Source of the DNA: a virus
Taxonomy: Duplodnaviria; Heunggongvirae; Uroviricota; Caudoviricetes
DNA: 38,557 nucleotides
Virus record (IMG/VR): IMGVR_UViG_2925891887_000008
Direction: 5' to 3' (one strand)
Shown in pieces: positions 20,126-29,200 of the stretch. Position numbers and translations under genes: made by a program. The notes under the pieces are model-generated. The model saw only the letters and a list, made by a program, of their open reading frames with translations. It was not told the DNA's origin and searched no databases. Each line of letters starts with the position of its first letter. Position 1 is the first letter of the stretch.

Positions 20126-20321
20126 AGTCCTCCCGCGAGATCTGCCCGTCACGCAGAAGCTGGTAGGCTTTGTGTTTGTAGTACCAGTTGATAGCCAGCA
20201 TCAGCACACCAATCATCAGGCCGCCCAGCGTTGAGGCATCCTTGATGGACAAATCGCCCAGCCAGGCCAGCACGACGGCGATGCAATACGTGATAAAGGC
20301 GCTGATTCGCTCAAGCGTCAT
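20106..20321 (-). CDS. Holin
   Basis: 71-aa protein with two TM helices and a charged C-terminus, directly upstream of the endolysin. Confidence 0.55.
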   Translation of the reverse strand: MTLERISAFITYCIAVVLAWLGDLSIKDASTLGGLMIGVLMLAINWYYKHKAYQLLRDGQISREDYESINR

Positions 20322-20324
20322 AAT

Positions 20325-20528
20325 TCAGTCCCATAGCTGGACGGTCTGCACGGTGGTGGTTGTCGGTATGTCCGGCAGCTCCACCTGCAACCCGTGAGGT
20401 AAAAAGGGGCCGTATTCGGCAAGCCCCGGATTTGCCTTCAGTACCTGCTCCGTGACACCCTGCGTGCGCCCGTAATGACGCCAGCAAAGCGCGTCCACCG
20501 TGTCATACTGATGCGCACGCACTTTCAT
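20325..20528 (-). CDS. X: Tail protein X
   Basis: 67-aa ORF between L and the holin, as P2 X. Confidence 0.7.
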   Translation of the reverse strand: MKVRAHQYDTVDALCWRHYGRTQGVTEQVLKANPGLAEYGPFLPHGLQVELPDIPTTTTVQTVQLWD

Positions 20529-20992
20529 CAGATAAGCTCCACTGTGCAGTGCGGCGCATCCTGCACCCGGCTGATGGCCCAGCGGGCGTCACGCCACAAA
20601 TCACCGCTTGCTTCCGCCAGTTCCTCGCCCCGCTTCACACCGGACGCCGTGGCGTCATAGTCCTGATAACGCTCGTTGAGCATGGCGCGTGCCCAGCAGT
20701 AAACCGCGTTGAAATAGTGCTGAATGCGCTCACTTTTGCCGTCCAGCAGTTCCGCCGGAACCTCAGCCAGCGACGCATACCCCAGCATCTGCTGACGTCT
20801 GCGAAACTCATACAACTCTGCGTTGACCTCCGAAATTGCCGACAGGGCAACCTGCTTTAAACGCGGCTGCGTCACCGTGCCGTCAGTGCGCATGACACTG
20901 CGAAACTCCGACAGGTCCACATCAGGCCAGAACGGCGTATTTCTGATGATTTCCGCCTGTTCCGGTGCCTGTTCTGGCGCAACAAACTTCAT
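20528..20992 (-). CDS. L: Head completion protein L
   Basis: Start MKFVAPEQ... with RBS CAGGAG; the track ORF extends upstream from a GTG. Confidence 0.75.
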   Translation of the reverse strand: MKFVAPEQAPEQAEIIRNTPFWPDVDLSEFRSVMRTDGTVTQPRLKQVALSAISEVNAELYEFRRRQQMLGYASLAEVPAELLDGKSERIQHYFNAVYCWARAMLNERYQDYDATASGVKRGEELAEASGDLWRDARWAISRVQDAPHCTVELI

Positions 20993-21087
20993 GCTGCTTT
21001 CTCCTGAAATAGAGGGCGGTGGACGGGGTTTTGATGTGGCAGTGCCTTTCGCCACCCCGTGCCGCCCGTGCGCGGGGGCACGTTCTG

Positions 21088-21738
21088 TCAGCGGCTGTCA
21101 TTGCGCAGTCTGCGCTCCAGCTGCTGTTTGTCTTTTTTCACGCCACAGCGGGGATCGAGCTGTAGCGCATGGTTGAGATGATTAAGGGCGGAAGCCGGAT
21201 TGCTTTCACTCAGTACAGCGCCAATCGCTTTATGCAGACGCGCCCGTGACTGGTCCGGCATATCCAGACCGTCTGTCAGTTCCAGTGTCTGCAGTAACAG
21301 ATCGGCATCAAAGCCGGTGGCGGCAAGCATTGCGCTCTGGGCTGCATCTGCCATTTCCTCTGCCAGCACGGTCTGCACGTTGCGGTTACCCAGCGGCATC
21401 ACCCAGCCATGACGCAGGGCATGACGCCCGATCTCCAGCGCCCCGGCATAATCTCCGGCATCAATGCGCCACAGCATCACGTACATCAGCACGTCATCCT
21501 GTTGAGTGCCTCCGGCAGCCAGGACGCCCTCTGCCCAGGCGGCGTACTTCGGCAGCAGCTCCACCTTTATTTCCGCTTTTTTCACCGTGGACTGAACGCC
21601 CTTGAGACGGCGGCGGTCTTCCGCCAGTTGCAGCAGCATCAGGTCATAGCCCGACGCGTGGCGAACACTGCCGCCCTCACGGGCGGCCTGTTCAGCCTGA
21701 ACGCGCAGGCGATGCTGCCGTGCGGGACTCAGGCTCAT
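21088..21738 (-). CDS. M: Terminase endonuclease subunit M
   Basis: 216-aa ORF after N. Confidence 0.8.
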   Translation of the reverse strand: MSLSPARQHRLRVQAEQAAREGGSVRHASGYDLMLLQLAEDRRRLKGVQSTVKKAEIKVELLPKYAAWAEGVLAAGGTQQDDVLMYVMLWRIDAGDYAGALEIGRHALRHGWVMPLGNRNVQTVLAEEMADAAQSAMLAATGFDADLLLQTLELTDGLDMPDQSRARLHKAIGAVLSESNPASALNHLNHALQLDPRCGVKKDKQQLERRLRNDSR

Positions 21739-21741
21739 GGA

Positions 21742-22800
21742 TTACGCTCCGGTTTCTGCTGCGGCGGCGCTGAAGTCGCCAATCTGGATGTTTTCCACCA
21801 GTGCGGCGCAGCGGTAGTCCTCAACCACATAGGCTTCGTTAACGGATTCAAAATTTTCAATCCGGTCACGTTTCGGGTTGTCGATAACTGAACGGCGGCG
21901 GGTGTCTTCCTGCCAGTAGATGGACAGGTTATCCAGACGGGTGATTAGCAGCGCATTCGGCGGGAAGAACGGCGCACGCACGGCCTGCAGGCCACCCATG
22001 CGTTTCTGACTGATGATCATATCGGCAGCCAGTTTTTCACTGTTTTCCTGCTCTTTGTTGACCAGCGGGAAATACTTGTCAGACAGCAGTTCACGCCCGC
22101 AAATAACCACCAGATCGTCATCGTCCTGGTAAACCATGTCGATAAGCTCATTGACGGCATCCATCACTACGGCGTCCAGGTTGGCATATTCGCCACCTTT
22201 CCCGACTTTCACCGCACCCGGTGTGGTTTCACCGCCCGTGGTGGTGCTGCCCATGACGTGATCCGGTGCATCCTCACGGATTTTCTGCAGCCAGCCTTTA
22301 TTCACATCCTGCAGCAGCGGGTTTTCGCTACGGTTGGAGGTTTTCGCACGCTTCACGCCGTTAAAGCCGATCATGATGCGGTCCAGTGCCTGACGTTTCA
22401 CGATGGCGTCACGGATACGCACCTGGAAATCCTGAAACTTCGCCCACAGGTCCAGCTTCGCGTAGGTCAGCACCGTGTCAAAGTTGGTCTGCTCGCATTT
22501 ATATTCCACATTGACCATCAGCGTCGGATCGACAGGTTCACGCTCTTTCGCGGTGGTATCAGTGGTTCCGGCAATGGTGCTGCCAACACCCAGCCCCAGC
22601 AACTGACCGGACTGCTCAGTCACTGGCGTGACGTTAATCAGTGTCAGGAAAGCGGCGGACTGCTGGATCTGGTCTTCCAGCGTCTGCTGCACGGACGGTT
22701 CGACGGTGAACTTGCTGGACAGTTCTTCAACTGCAACACCGTTCAGACGCGCCAGCTGCTGCAGGTAAGCGTTAAAAGCAAAGCGGGTATTCTTCTTCAT
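21742..22800 (-). CDS. N: Major capsid protein N
   Basis: 352-aa ORF after O. Confidence 0.9.
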   Translation of the reverse strand: MKKNTRFAFNAYLQQLARLNGVAVEELSSKFTVEPSVQQTLEDQIQQSAAFLTLINVTPVTEQSGQLLGLGVGSTIAGTTDTTAKEREPVDPTLMVNVEYKCEQTNFDTVLTYAKLDLWAKFQDFQVRIRDAIVKRQALDRIMIGFNGVKRAKTSNRSENPLLQDVNKGWLQKIREDAPDHVMGSTTTGGETTPGAVKVGKGGEYANLDAVVMDAVNELIDMVYQDDDDLVVICGRELLSDKYFPLVNKEQENSEKLAADMIISQKRMGGLQAVRAPFFPPNALLITRLDNLSIYWQEDTRRRSVIDNPKRDRIENFESVNEAYVVEDYRCAALVENIQIGDFSAAAAETGA

Positions 22801-22816
22801 CGGGTTTTGTGCTCCA

Positions 22817-23650
22817 TCAGCAATTGGTCAGAGTGTCAGCGGGGGCGTTACCGCCTGTTGCACGCTGGCGGTAGTCCTGGCGGCTGTCTTCATGACTCAG
22901 CTTATCCACCAGTTCGTTAAAGGCGGCTTGTTGTGCCTGCAGGGCAGTCTCCAGCTCAGACAGACGTTCTTCCTGCTCAGACAGGGATTTTTCGGTGCGT
23001 GCGCTCAGGTTTTGCTGCTCAGTGGCGACCAGCTCCACGGCCTTATGCACATCAGAGAACCGGGCATCGTCGGACTGCTCTTTTTTGGTAAACAGCGCCG
23101 TGACACGGGCAAACAGGGAGGGTTTGTCATCCTGGATTTCTTCCAGTTCGATCACCGTTTCCTCTGCAGCGGTAAAGAGATTGGCAGGATTCTGCTTGCG
23201 GTTTGCCAGCGGGTTATGGGCTGCACTGGCGCTGAATGTCAGCATTTCAGAGCCCAGACTGGCAGGGTCATCAGTGGCAGCCAGGCCGACCAGGTAGGCT
23301 TTGCCCGTATCAGCAAACTTCGGGCTGACTTCCATAGAGGTGAATAATTTCTGGCCTTTTTTCACCAGCTCCACCAGTGATTCCGTTGGCTCAACGTCGG
23401 CATACAGCGCCATCTTGCCTGCCAGCGGACCTTCCGTGATTTCTTCAGCAAACAGCGCCGTCACCTTGCCGTAGCGGTTAAAGGTGCTGTCCGGCAGATA
23501 AGACTTGATGTGCTCAAGGTTAATCAGCGCGGTATACACCGCCGGGTTATAGCTGGCTGCCATCTGTTCCAGCCATTCACGCTGGATTTCGCGTCCGTCG
23601 GTGGTGGCACCTTCCACCCCGATGCGAAAACGCTTTGCTTTCACTGTCAT
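22817..23650 (-). CDS. O: Capsid scaffolding protein O
   Basis: 277-aa ORF with coiled-coil C-terminus, divergent from P. Confidence 0.85.
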   Translation of the reverse strand: MTVKAKRFRIGVEGATTDGREIQREWLEQMAASYNPAVYTALINLEHIKSYLPDSTFNRYGKVTALFAEEITEGPLAGKMALYADVEPTESLVELVKKGQKLFTSMEVSPKFADTGKAYLVGLAATDDPASLGSEMLTFSASAAHNPLANRKQNPANLFTAAEETVIELEEIQDDKPSLFARVTALFTKKEQSDDARFSDVHKAVELVATEQQNLSARTEKSLSEQEERLSELETALQAQQAAFNELVDKLSHEDSRQDYRQRATGGNAPADTLTNC

Positions 23651-23792
23651 GAGCCGTGCTCCGTTAGAAAAAACTTACTGGAGCCTTATGGTTGCGGTGA
23701 TGGGGGCAGTGAAACAATGCGCGGTATTTGTACCGACAACCACACAAACCGCAGGCGGGGAAAGCCTTCATTCAAGGCTGTAGGTTTGTGCC

Positions 23793-25559
23793 ATGAACAC
23801 CACACTGACACTCGCAGATCTCGATCCCCGTCGGCAGGCCATGCTGCTGTACTTTCAGGGATACCGCGTAGCCCGCATTGCTGAAATGCTGGGCGAGAAA
23901 GTTTCAACCGTTCACAGCTGGAAAAAACGCGACAAGTGGGGTGACTATGGGCCGCTGGATCAGATGCAGCTCACCACCGCCGCACGCTACTGCCAGCTCA
24001 TTATGAAGGAGCACAAAGAAGGGAAAGATTTCAAAGAGATTGACCTGCTGGCGCGCCAGTCGGAACGCCACGCGCGGATCGGCAAGTTTAACAATGGCGG
24101 CAACGAAGCCGACTTAAACCCTAACGTCGCCAACCGCAACAAAGGCCCACGCCGTCAGCCGGAAAAGAACGTTTTCACCGATGAACAGATTGAGAAGCTG
24201 GAAGAAATCTTCCATTCCTCCATGTTCAACTACCAGCGCCACTGGTGGGAAGCTGGAAAAACCAACCGCATCCGCAACCTGCTGAAGTCACGCCAGATCG
24301 GCGCGACCTTTTACTTTGCCCGTGAAGCCCTGATTGACGCCCTGCTTACCGGACGTAACCAGATTTTCCTTTCCGCCAGTAAGGCACAGGCTCACGTCTT
24401 TAAGCAGTACATCATCGACTTCGCTAAAGAAGTGGAGGTGGAGCTGAAAGGCGATCCGATGGTGCTTCCTAACGGGGCCACGCTTTACTTCCTCGGCACC
24501 AATGCCCGCACGGCCCAGAGTTATCACGGCAACCTGTATCTGGATGAATATTTCTGGATACCGAAATTCCAGGAGCTGCGCAAAGTGGCTTCCGGTATGG
24601 CTATTCACAAAAAATGGCGACAAACCTATTTTTCCACGCCATCCAGCCTGACACACAGTGCTTATCCGTTCTGGTCCGGTGCGCTGTTCAACCGTGGGCG
24701 CAACAAAGCCGATAAGGTGGACATCGACCTGTCCCACAGCAATCTGGCCCCCGGCCTGCTGTGCGCAGACGGGCAATACCGCCAGATAGTCACCGTAGAA
24801 GATGCGGTGCGCGGCGGCTGTAACCTGTTCGACCTTGACCAGTTGCGCATGGAATACAGCCCGGACGAATACCAGAACCTGCTGATGTGTGAGTTCGTGG
24901 ACGATCTCGCGTCCGTGTTCCCGCTCAGCGAGCTGCAGGCGTGCATGGTGGACAGTTGGGAAGTCTGGACCGACTTTCATGCACTGGCCCTGCGCCCGTT
25001 TGGCTGGCGCGAAGTGTGGATCGGTTATGACCCGGCAAAAGGTACGCAGAACGGCGACAGCGCCGGATGCGTGGTGGTGGCACCGCCAGCCGTGCCGGGC
25101 GGTAAGTTCCGCATTCTTGAGCGTCACCAGTGGCGCGGAATGGACTTCCGCGCCCAGGCTGACGCCATCAAAAAACTGACCGAACAGTATAACGTGACCT
25201 ATATCGGCATCGACTCGACCGGCGTCGGTCACGGGGTTTACGAGAACGTGAAAGCGTTTTTTCCTGCCGTCAGGGAGTTTGTCTACAACCCCAACGTTAA
25301 AAACGCCCTGGTACTCAAGGCCTACGACATTATCAGCCACCGCCGTCTGGAGTTTGACGCCGGGCACACCGACATTGCGCAGTCATTTATGGCAATCCGT
25401 CGCGCCACCACCGCCAGCGGCAACCGCCCGACCTATGAAGCCAGCCGCAGCGAAGAAGCCAGCCACGCCGATCTGGCCTGGGCAACGATGCACGCATTGT
25501 TTAACGAACCGCTGCAGGGCGAATCCGCCAATACCAGCAATATTGTGGAGATTTTTTGA
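23793..25559 (+). CDS. P: Terminase ATPase (large) subunit P
   Basis: 588-aa ORF; N-terminus MNTTLTLADLDPRRQAMLLYFQGYR... typical of P2-family P. Confidence 0.9.
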   Translation: MNTTLTLADLDPRRQAMLLYFQGYRVARIAEMLGEKVSTVHSWKKRDKWGDYGPLDQMQLTTAARYCQLIMKEHKEGKDFKEIDLLARQSERHARIGKFNNGGNEADLNPNVANRNKGPRRQPEKNVFTDEQIEKLEEIFHSSMFNYQRHWWEAGKTNRIRNLLKSRQIGATFYFAREALIDALLTGRNQIFLSASKAQAHVFKQYIIDFAKEVEVELKGDPMVLPNGATLYFLGTNARTAQSYHGNLYLDEYFWIPKFQELRKVASGMAIHKKWRQTYFSTPSSLTHSAYPFWSGALFNRGRNKADKVDIDLSHSNLAPGLLCADGQYRQIVTVEDAVRGGCNLFDLDQLRMEYSPDEYQNLLMCEFVDDLASVFPLSELQACMVDSWEVWTDFHALALRPFGWREVWIGYDPAKGTQNGDSAGCVVVAPPAVPGGKFRILERHQWRGMDFRAQADAIKKLTEQYNVTYIGIDSTGVGHGVYENVKAFFPAVREFVYNPNVKNALVLKAYDIISHRRLEFDAGHTDIAQSFMAIRRATTASGNRPTYEASRSEEASHADLAWATMHALFNEPLQGESANTSNIVEIF

Positions 25560-26626
25560 TGGGAAAGAGTAAGAAGAACCGCGCTGCGGCGACGAAACAG
25601 ATCCAGCTTAAAAGCCAGACTACAGCCGAAGCATTCAGCTTCGGCGATCCCGTTCCTGTTCTGGACCGCCGAGAACTGCTGGACTATGTGGAATGCGTAC
25701 AGATGGACCGTTGGTATGAGCCGCCCGTCAGCTTTGACGGACTGGCGCGCACCTTCCGCGCTGCCGTGCATCACAGTTCCCCGATTGCAGTAAAGTGCAA
25801 CATTCTGACCAGTACCTATATCTCTCATCCACTGCTCAGCCAACAGGCTTTTTCGCGTTTTGTGCAGGACTATCTGGTATTTGGTAACGCCTACCTGGAG
25901 AAACGCACGAATCGATTCGGTGAAGTTATCGCCCTTGAGCCTGCGCTGGCAAAATACACCCGACGCGGGTTAGACCTGGATACCTACTGGTTTGTGCAAT
26001 ACGGTATGGCCACGCAGCCGTATCAGTTCACGAAAGGCAGCATTTTTCATCTGATGGAACCGGACATCAACCAGGAGATCTACGGCCTGCCCGGTTATCT
26101 TTCAGCCATTCCGTCCGCCCTGCTCAATGAGTCCGCCACGCTGTTCCGTCGAAAGTATTACATTAACGGCAGTCATGCTGGCTTCATCATGTACATGACC
26201 GACGCTGCGCAGAACCAGGAGGATGTGAACAACCTCCGCAACGCGATGAAAAGCGCCAAAGGTCCAGGCAACTTCCGCAATCTGTTTATGTACTCGCCTA
26301 ACGGCAAAAAGGACGGACTTCAGATTATCCCGTTGTCAGAAGTCGCAGCGAAGGATGAGTTTCTGAATATCAAGAACGTGAGCCGCGATGACATGATGGC
26401 TGCGCATCGTGTGCCGCCACAAATGATGGGGATAATTCCCCAGAACATCGGCGGCTTTGGGGATGTAAGCAAAGCAAGTAAGGTATTTGTTCGTAACGAA
26501 CTGACGCCTTTACAAAGGCGAATACAAGAACTTAATGAGTGGCTATGTGACGAGGTTATCAAGTTTGACCCCTACAAACTTGATATTGAAGATAACAATC
26601 ACTCTGCTATCATACCTATCATCTAA
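25556..26626 (+). CDS. Q: Portal protein Q
   Basis: 356-aa ORF overlapping the P stop (ATGA). Confidence 0.9.
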   Translation: MMGKSKKNRAAATKQIQLKSQTTAEAFSFGDPVPVLDRRELLDYVECVQMDRWYEPPVSFDGLARTFRAAVHHSSPIAVKCNILTSTYISHPLLSQQAFSRFVQDYLVFGNAYLEKRTNRFGEVIALEPALAKYTRRGLDLDTYWFVQYGMATQPYQFTKGSIFHLMEPDINQEIYGLPGYLSAIPSALLNESATLFRRKYYINGSHAGFIMYMTDAAQNQEDVNNLRNAMKSAKGPGNFRNLFMYSPNGKKDGLQIIPLSEVAAKDEFLNIKNVSRDDMMAAHRVPPQMMGIIPQNIGGFGDVSKASKVFVRNELTPLQRRIQELNEWLCDEVIKFDPYKLDIEDNNHSAIIPII

Positions 26627-26631
26627 ATTTC

Positions 26632-26655
26632 AACCGCCATCAGGCGGTTTTTTGT
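26632..26655 (+). terminator. Intrinsic terminator after Q
   Basis: AACCGCC-ATCA-GGCGGTT hairpin followed by TTTTTTG. Confidence 0.6.
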
Positions 26656-26710
26656 TTCCAAACCAAACCTACTATGATACACACAGTAGGAAAAAAATTG
26701 GAGCATTTAT

Positions 26711-27337
26711 ATGGATATCGAAAAGCTAAAAGAATTTTACGAAAAACTTTACTTTCAGGAAACGGAAAATAAAGACAAGATTTACAACAGAATTCAAATG
26801 ATATTTGGATTAATAGTAATCGACGCAACTATCGTAACATATCTGCTTAAAAACACATCCTTTGAAAATCATGCATTCTTTGCCTGCATTGTTATAGGAC
26901 TTTCATTATTATCAGTGTTTTTTATTTATAAAGCCTGCATGCTCCTAAAAAAAGCATTTTGGGGTAATGAATTCAAATACATTCCCAAACCTAAGGAAAT
27001 AGACGAATACTACAATGGCCTCATTAAATATGAAGCAGACTATAAAAAATATTGTGATAATAATGGGCTTACCTATAATGGTGAGCACTCATCAAGTAAA
27101 AAGTTCAATGAATACTTAGTAAAACAACTAGTAGAGTGTACTAGTTGGAATACTAAGAAAAATGAAATGAGAACAAGTCAAATATATCGAGCCACTAAAT
27201 TCTTTTTTTTCTCACTAATTCCATTAGTGATAGCGGTTGGCTTTTTTTTAGCGATGGATCTCGATTCAGCCTCGCCAAGGAAGACTAATGAGCCACATTT
27301 CATTATTATACCTGTAGATAATATCAGGAGATTATGA
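26711..27337 (+). CDS. AT-rich cargo membrane protein (208 aa, about three TM helices), unknown function
   Basis: RBS GGAG, ATG at 26711; hydrophobic segments at about residues 30-46, 55-73 and 164-182. Confidence 0.5.
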   Translation: MDIEKLKEFYEKLYFQETENKDKIYNRIQMIFGLIVIDATIVTYLLKNTSFENHAFFACIVIGLSLLSVFFIYKACMLLKKAFWGNEFKYIPKPKEIDEYYNGLIKYEADYKKYCDNNGLTYNGEHSSSKKFNEYLVKQLVECTSWNTKKNEMRTSQIYRATKFFFFSLIPLVIAVGFFLAMDLDSASPRKTNEPHFIIIPVDNIRRL

Positions 27338-27462
27338 TGGGAAAAGCCCCTACACCTAACAAGCCACCAGCGAAGACTCCAACTCCGCCGACACCGCCGA
27401 CACCGCCTAAATCTAGGCTAGTGAGAGACGATGATTCGAAAGCCAAAAGCAAAAGAGGTTAA
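27334..27462 (+). CDS. Proline-rich micro-protein a (42 aa; KTPTPPTPPTPPK core, SRLVRD motif)
   Basis: ATG overlaps the upstream stop (ATGA), RBS AGGAG; 9-bp in-frame repeats. Confidence 0.4.
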   Translation: MMGKAPTPNKPPAKTPTPPTPPTPPKSRLVRDDDSKAKSKRG

Positions 27463-27468
27463 AGTATC

Positions 27469-27642
27469 ATGATAAAGCCCAGCAACGAAGGAACTGGAAA
27501 ACCAAATTCTACAAGTAAATCACCTGTACCGCCTCAGCCGCCTCAGCCGCCTCAGCCGCCTCAGCCGCCTCAAACAAGGTTAGTACGAGAAAGCTTTGGA
27601 GAATACATTTCAAAGAGAGATACGAAAAATGACAAAAAATAA
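27469..27642 (+). CDS. Proline-rich micro-protein b (57 aa; (PPQ)5 core, TRLVRE motif)
   Basis: RBS AGAGG, ATG at 27469; (CAGCCGCCT)x4 tandem repeat. Confidence 0.4.
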   Translation: MIKPSNEGTGKPNSTSKSPVPPQPPQPPQPPQPPQTRLVRESFGEYISKRDTKNDKK

Positions 27643-27736
27643 CGAGCAAAAACCACCACCACCACCACCACCACCACCACTACCACCATCGTCCCGCATG
27701 CTATTTGATCACGCGGCCCCCCCTAAGAAGAAATAA
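27629..27736 (+). CDS. Proline-rich micro-protein c (35 aa; P9-L-PP core, SRMLFD motif)
   Basis: ATG at 27629 overlapping the end of b; (CCA)n tract. Confidence 0.35.
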   Translation: MTKNNEQKPPPPPPPPPLPPSSRMLFDHAAPPKKK

Positions 27737-27778
27737 CCTTAAGCCTGCGACTTAGCAGGCTTTCTTCATTAGCGCGCG

Positions 27779-27797
27779 CTCGTATCCCCGCCACGCC
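27779..27797. other. Candidate cos site (19-nt cohesive end)
   Basis: CTCGTATCCCCGCCACGCC closely resembles my recollection of the P2/186 cos core (complement GGCGTGGCGGGGA...); lies between Q and A as expected. Confidence 0.35.
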
Positions 27798-28139
27798 TGC
27801 CCGCTTTATGTAGTGGTTTTCATGCAGGTGCATGATCTACGCAAAAGCCCGCCAGTTCTGGCGGGCCTTAGCAAAAACGATCCTCAAACGATCATGCAAT
27901 CTCATGCAGCATAGACATGCACAGACGAGTAAAGCGAATCGGACTTTACGCAAGGTGAACTCCTCAGCGGGCATAATCAGTATGTCGGAAGATCTCTAAA
28001 AATGAATAATTCGGTTAACAGGTATGCTTACAAAAGCATATATTTGATTAAAAATCATGTAAGGGGGAGGATCTCAAACTGAATCGCCACGGGTTTTACA
28101 AATTTCGATAGTCTCTCTAACGTTTCGGCTGAGGTCAAA

Positions 28140-28565
28140 ATGAAAAGCTTTTACGTATTAATTTTAATTCTGGTTGCAAGCTTTGTTAGCGTCCCAGTTC
28201 AGGCGGTAACAGCTAAAAACTATGAGAAAGGAACTAAAGCTCAACAGAAATCAATATCTTACCTTTCATGTGCATTCTATGGCAGTAGCACACAATTAGA
28301 TCCTAGCTACACGGAGCAAGTACCTACAGCCGATATCAAGATATTACAGAAAGCAGCTTACCACGCTTACAACGATGCGCTCTCATACTTTGGCTATGAG
28401 GAACCAGATCACGAACAACGCATAATTGATTATGCTGAATTTGTGGCGTCGCAAGAAGCTGTGTTATGGGATAAGCCGGGAATGAATGGAAAGCAGGTAA
28501 CACTAATTGCTCGTTCTCTCTACAATGAGAGTAACTGTAACTTGTTACTGGACTCAATTAAGTAG
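28140..28565 (+). CDS. AT-rich cargo secreted protein (141 aa, Sec signal peptide), unknown function
   Basis: RBS GAGGT, ATG at 28140; N-terminal hydrophobic signal with ...VQA/V cleavage-like site. Confidence 0.5.
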   Translation: MKSFYVLILILVASFVSVPVQAVTAKNYEKGTKAQQKSISYLSCAFYGSSTQLDPSYTEQVPTADIKILQKAAYHAYNDALSYFGYEEPDHEQRIIDYAEFVASQEAVLWDKPGMNGKQVTLIARSLYNESNCNLLLDSIK

Positions 28566-28724
28566 GAAAAAGATGGTATTTTGCCCGTAGTTTCAACCTT
28601 AATCTCCGAACCTGTCGCAGAACGGGCGTTCACTCATCAAATAAACGCCACACCTAACGCCTCACTGTACTCGTTGTTCAACCTTGCTGACGCCAGAACC
28701 AAGTTCAGACGCCAGCAACTTTTC

Positions 28725-28958
28725 TTAATGCAGCCAGCTGTCGTCTTCCCACACCTTCTGCATAATCTTCATCACTTGTTTTCTTTCTTCGTCCAGTTGC
28801 AGTCCGGTCAGTTCCACACCGTTAGAGCTACCTTTGCGGATGCGAATTACCGTTTTGGGATACAGGGGGCGCAGATTGCGGTAAAGCTCGGATTCAAGGG
28901 CGTCCAGGGTAGACTGGCTAATCTTCTGCTCTTTATCGATCATTATTTCAATGCGCAT
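28725..28958 (-). CDS. dinI: DinI-family protein (DNA-damage-inducible protein I-like)
   Basis: MRIEIMIDKEQKIS...LDALESEL...KVWEDDSW parallels E. coli DinI; start taken at the internal Met. Confidence 0.75.
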   Translation of the reverse strand: MRIEIMIDKEQKISQSTLDALESELYRNLRPLYPKTVIRIRKGSSNGVELTGLQLDEERKQVMKIMQKVWEDDSWLH

Positions 28959-28968
28959 AAAGGTCACC

Positions 28969-29157
28969 TCAGCTGATGACATCCATTGAGCGGTTGTATT
29001 CGTGGGTTCTGATTTTTGCCATGAGTTCATCTGTCAGTTCAGAAACCCACTGCAAAGCCAGCCCCTTCTCTTCATCACTACACTCACTAGCCGCTACAAG
29101 CTTAAGAAAAAAATCAATGCGCTGGAGCTTCAAAGACTCCAAAAAATAGTCCTGCAT
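28969..29157 (-). CDS. Small SOS-controlled ORF (62 aa) upstream of dinI-like gene; possible Tum-like antirepressor N-module
   Basis: RBS GGAGG, ATG at 29157, LexA box about 45 bp upstream. Confidence 0.4.
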   Translation of the reverse strand: MQDYFLESLKLQRIDFFLKLVAASECSDEEKGLALQWVSELTDELMAKIRTHEYNRSMDVIS

Positions 29158-29200
29158 CTTTCCTCCTATGACACCACAAGCAATACTGTATACATAACCA

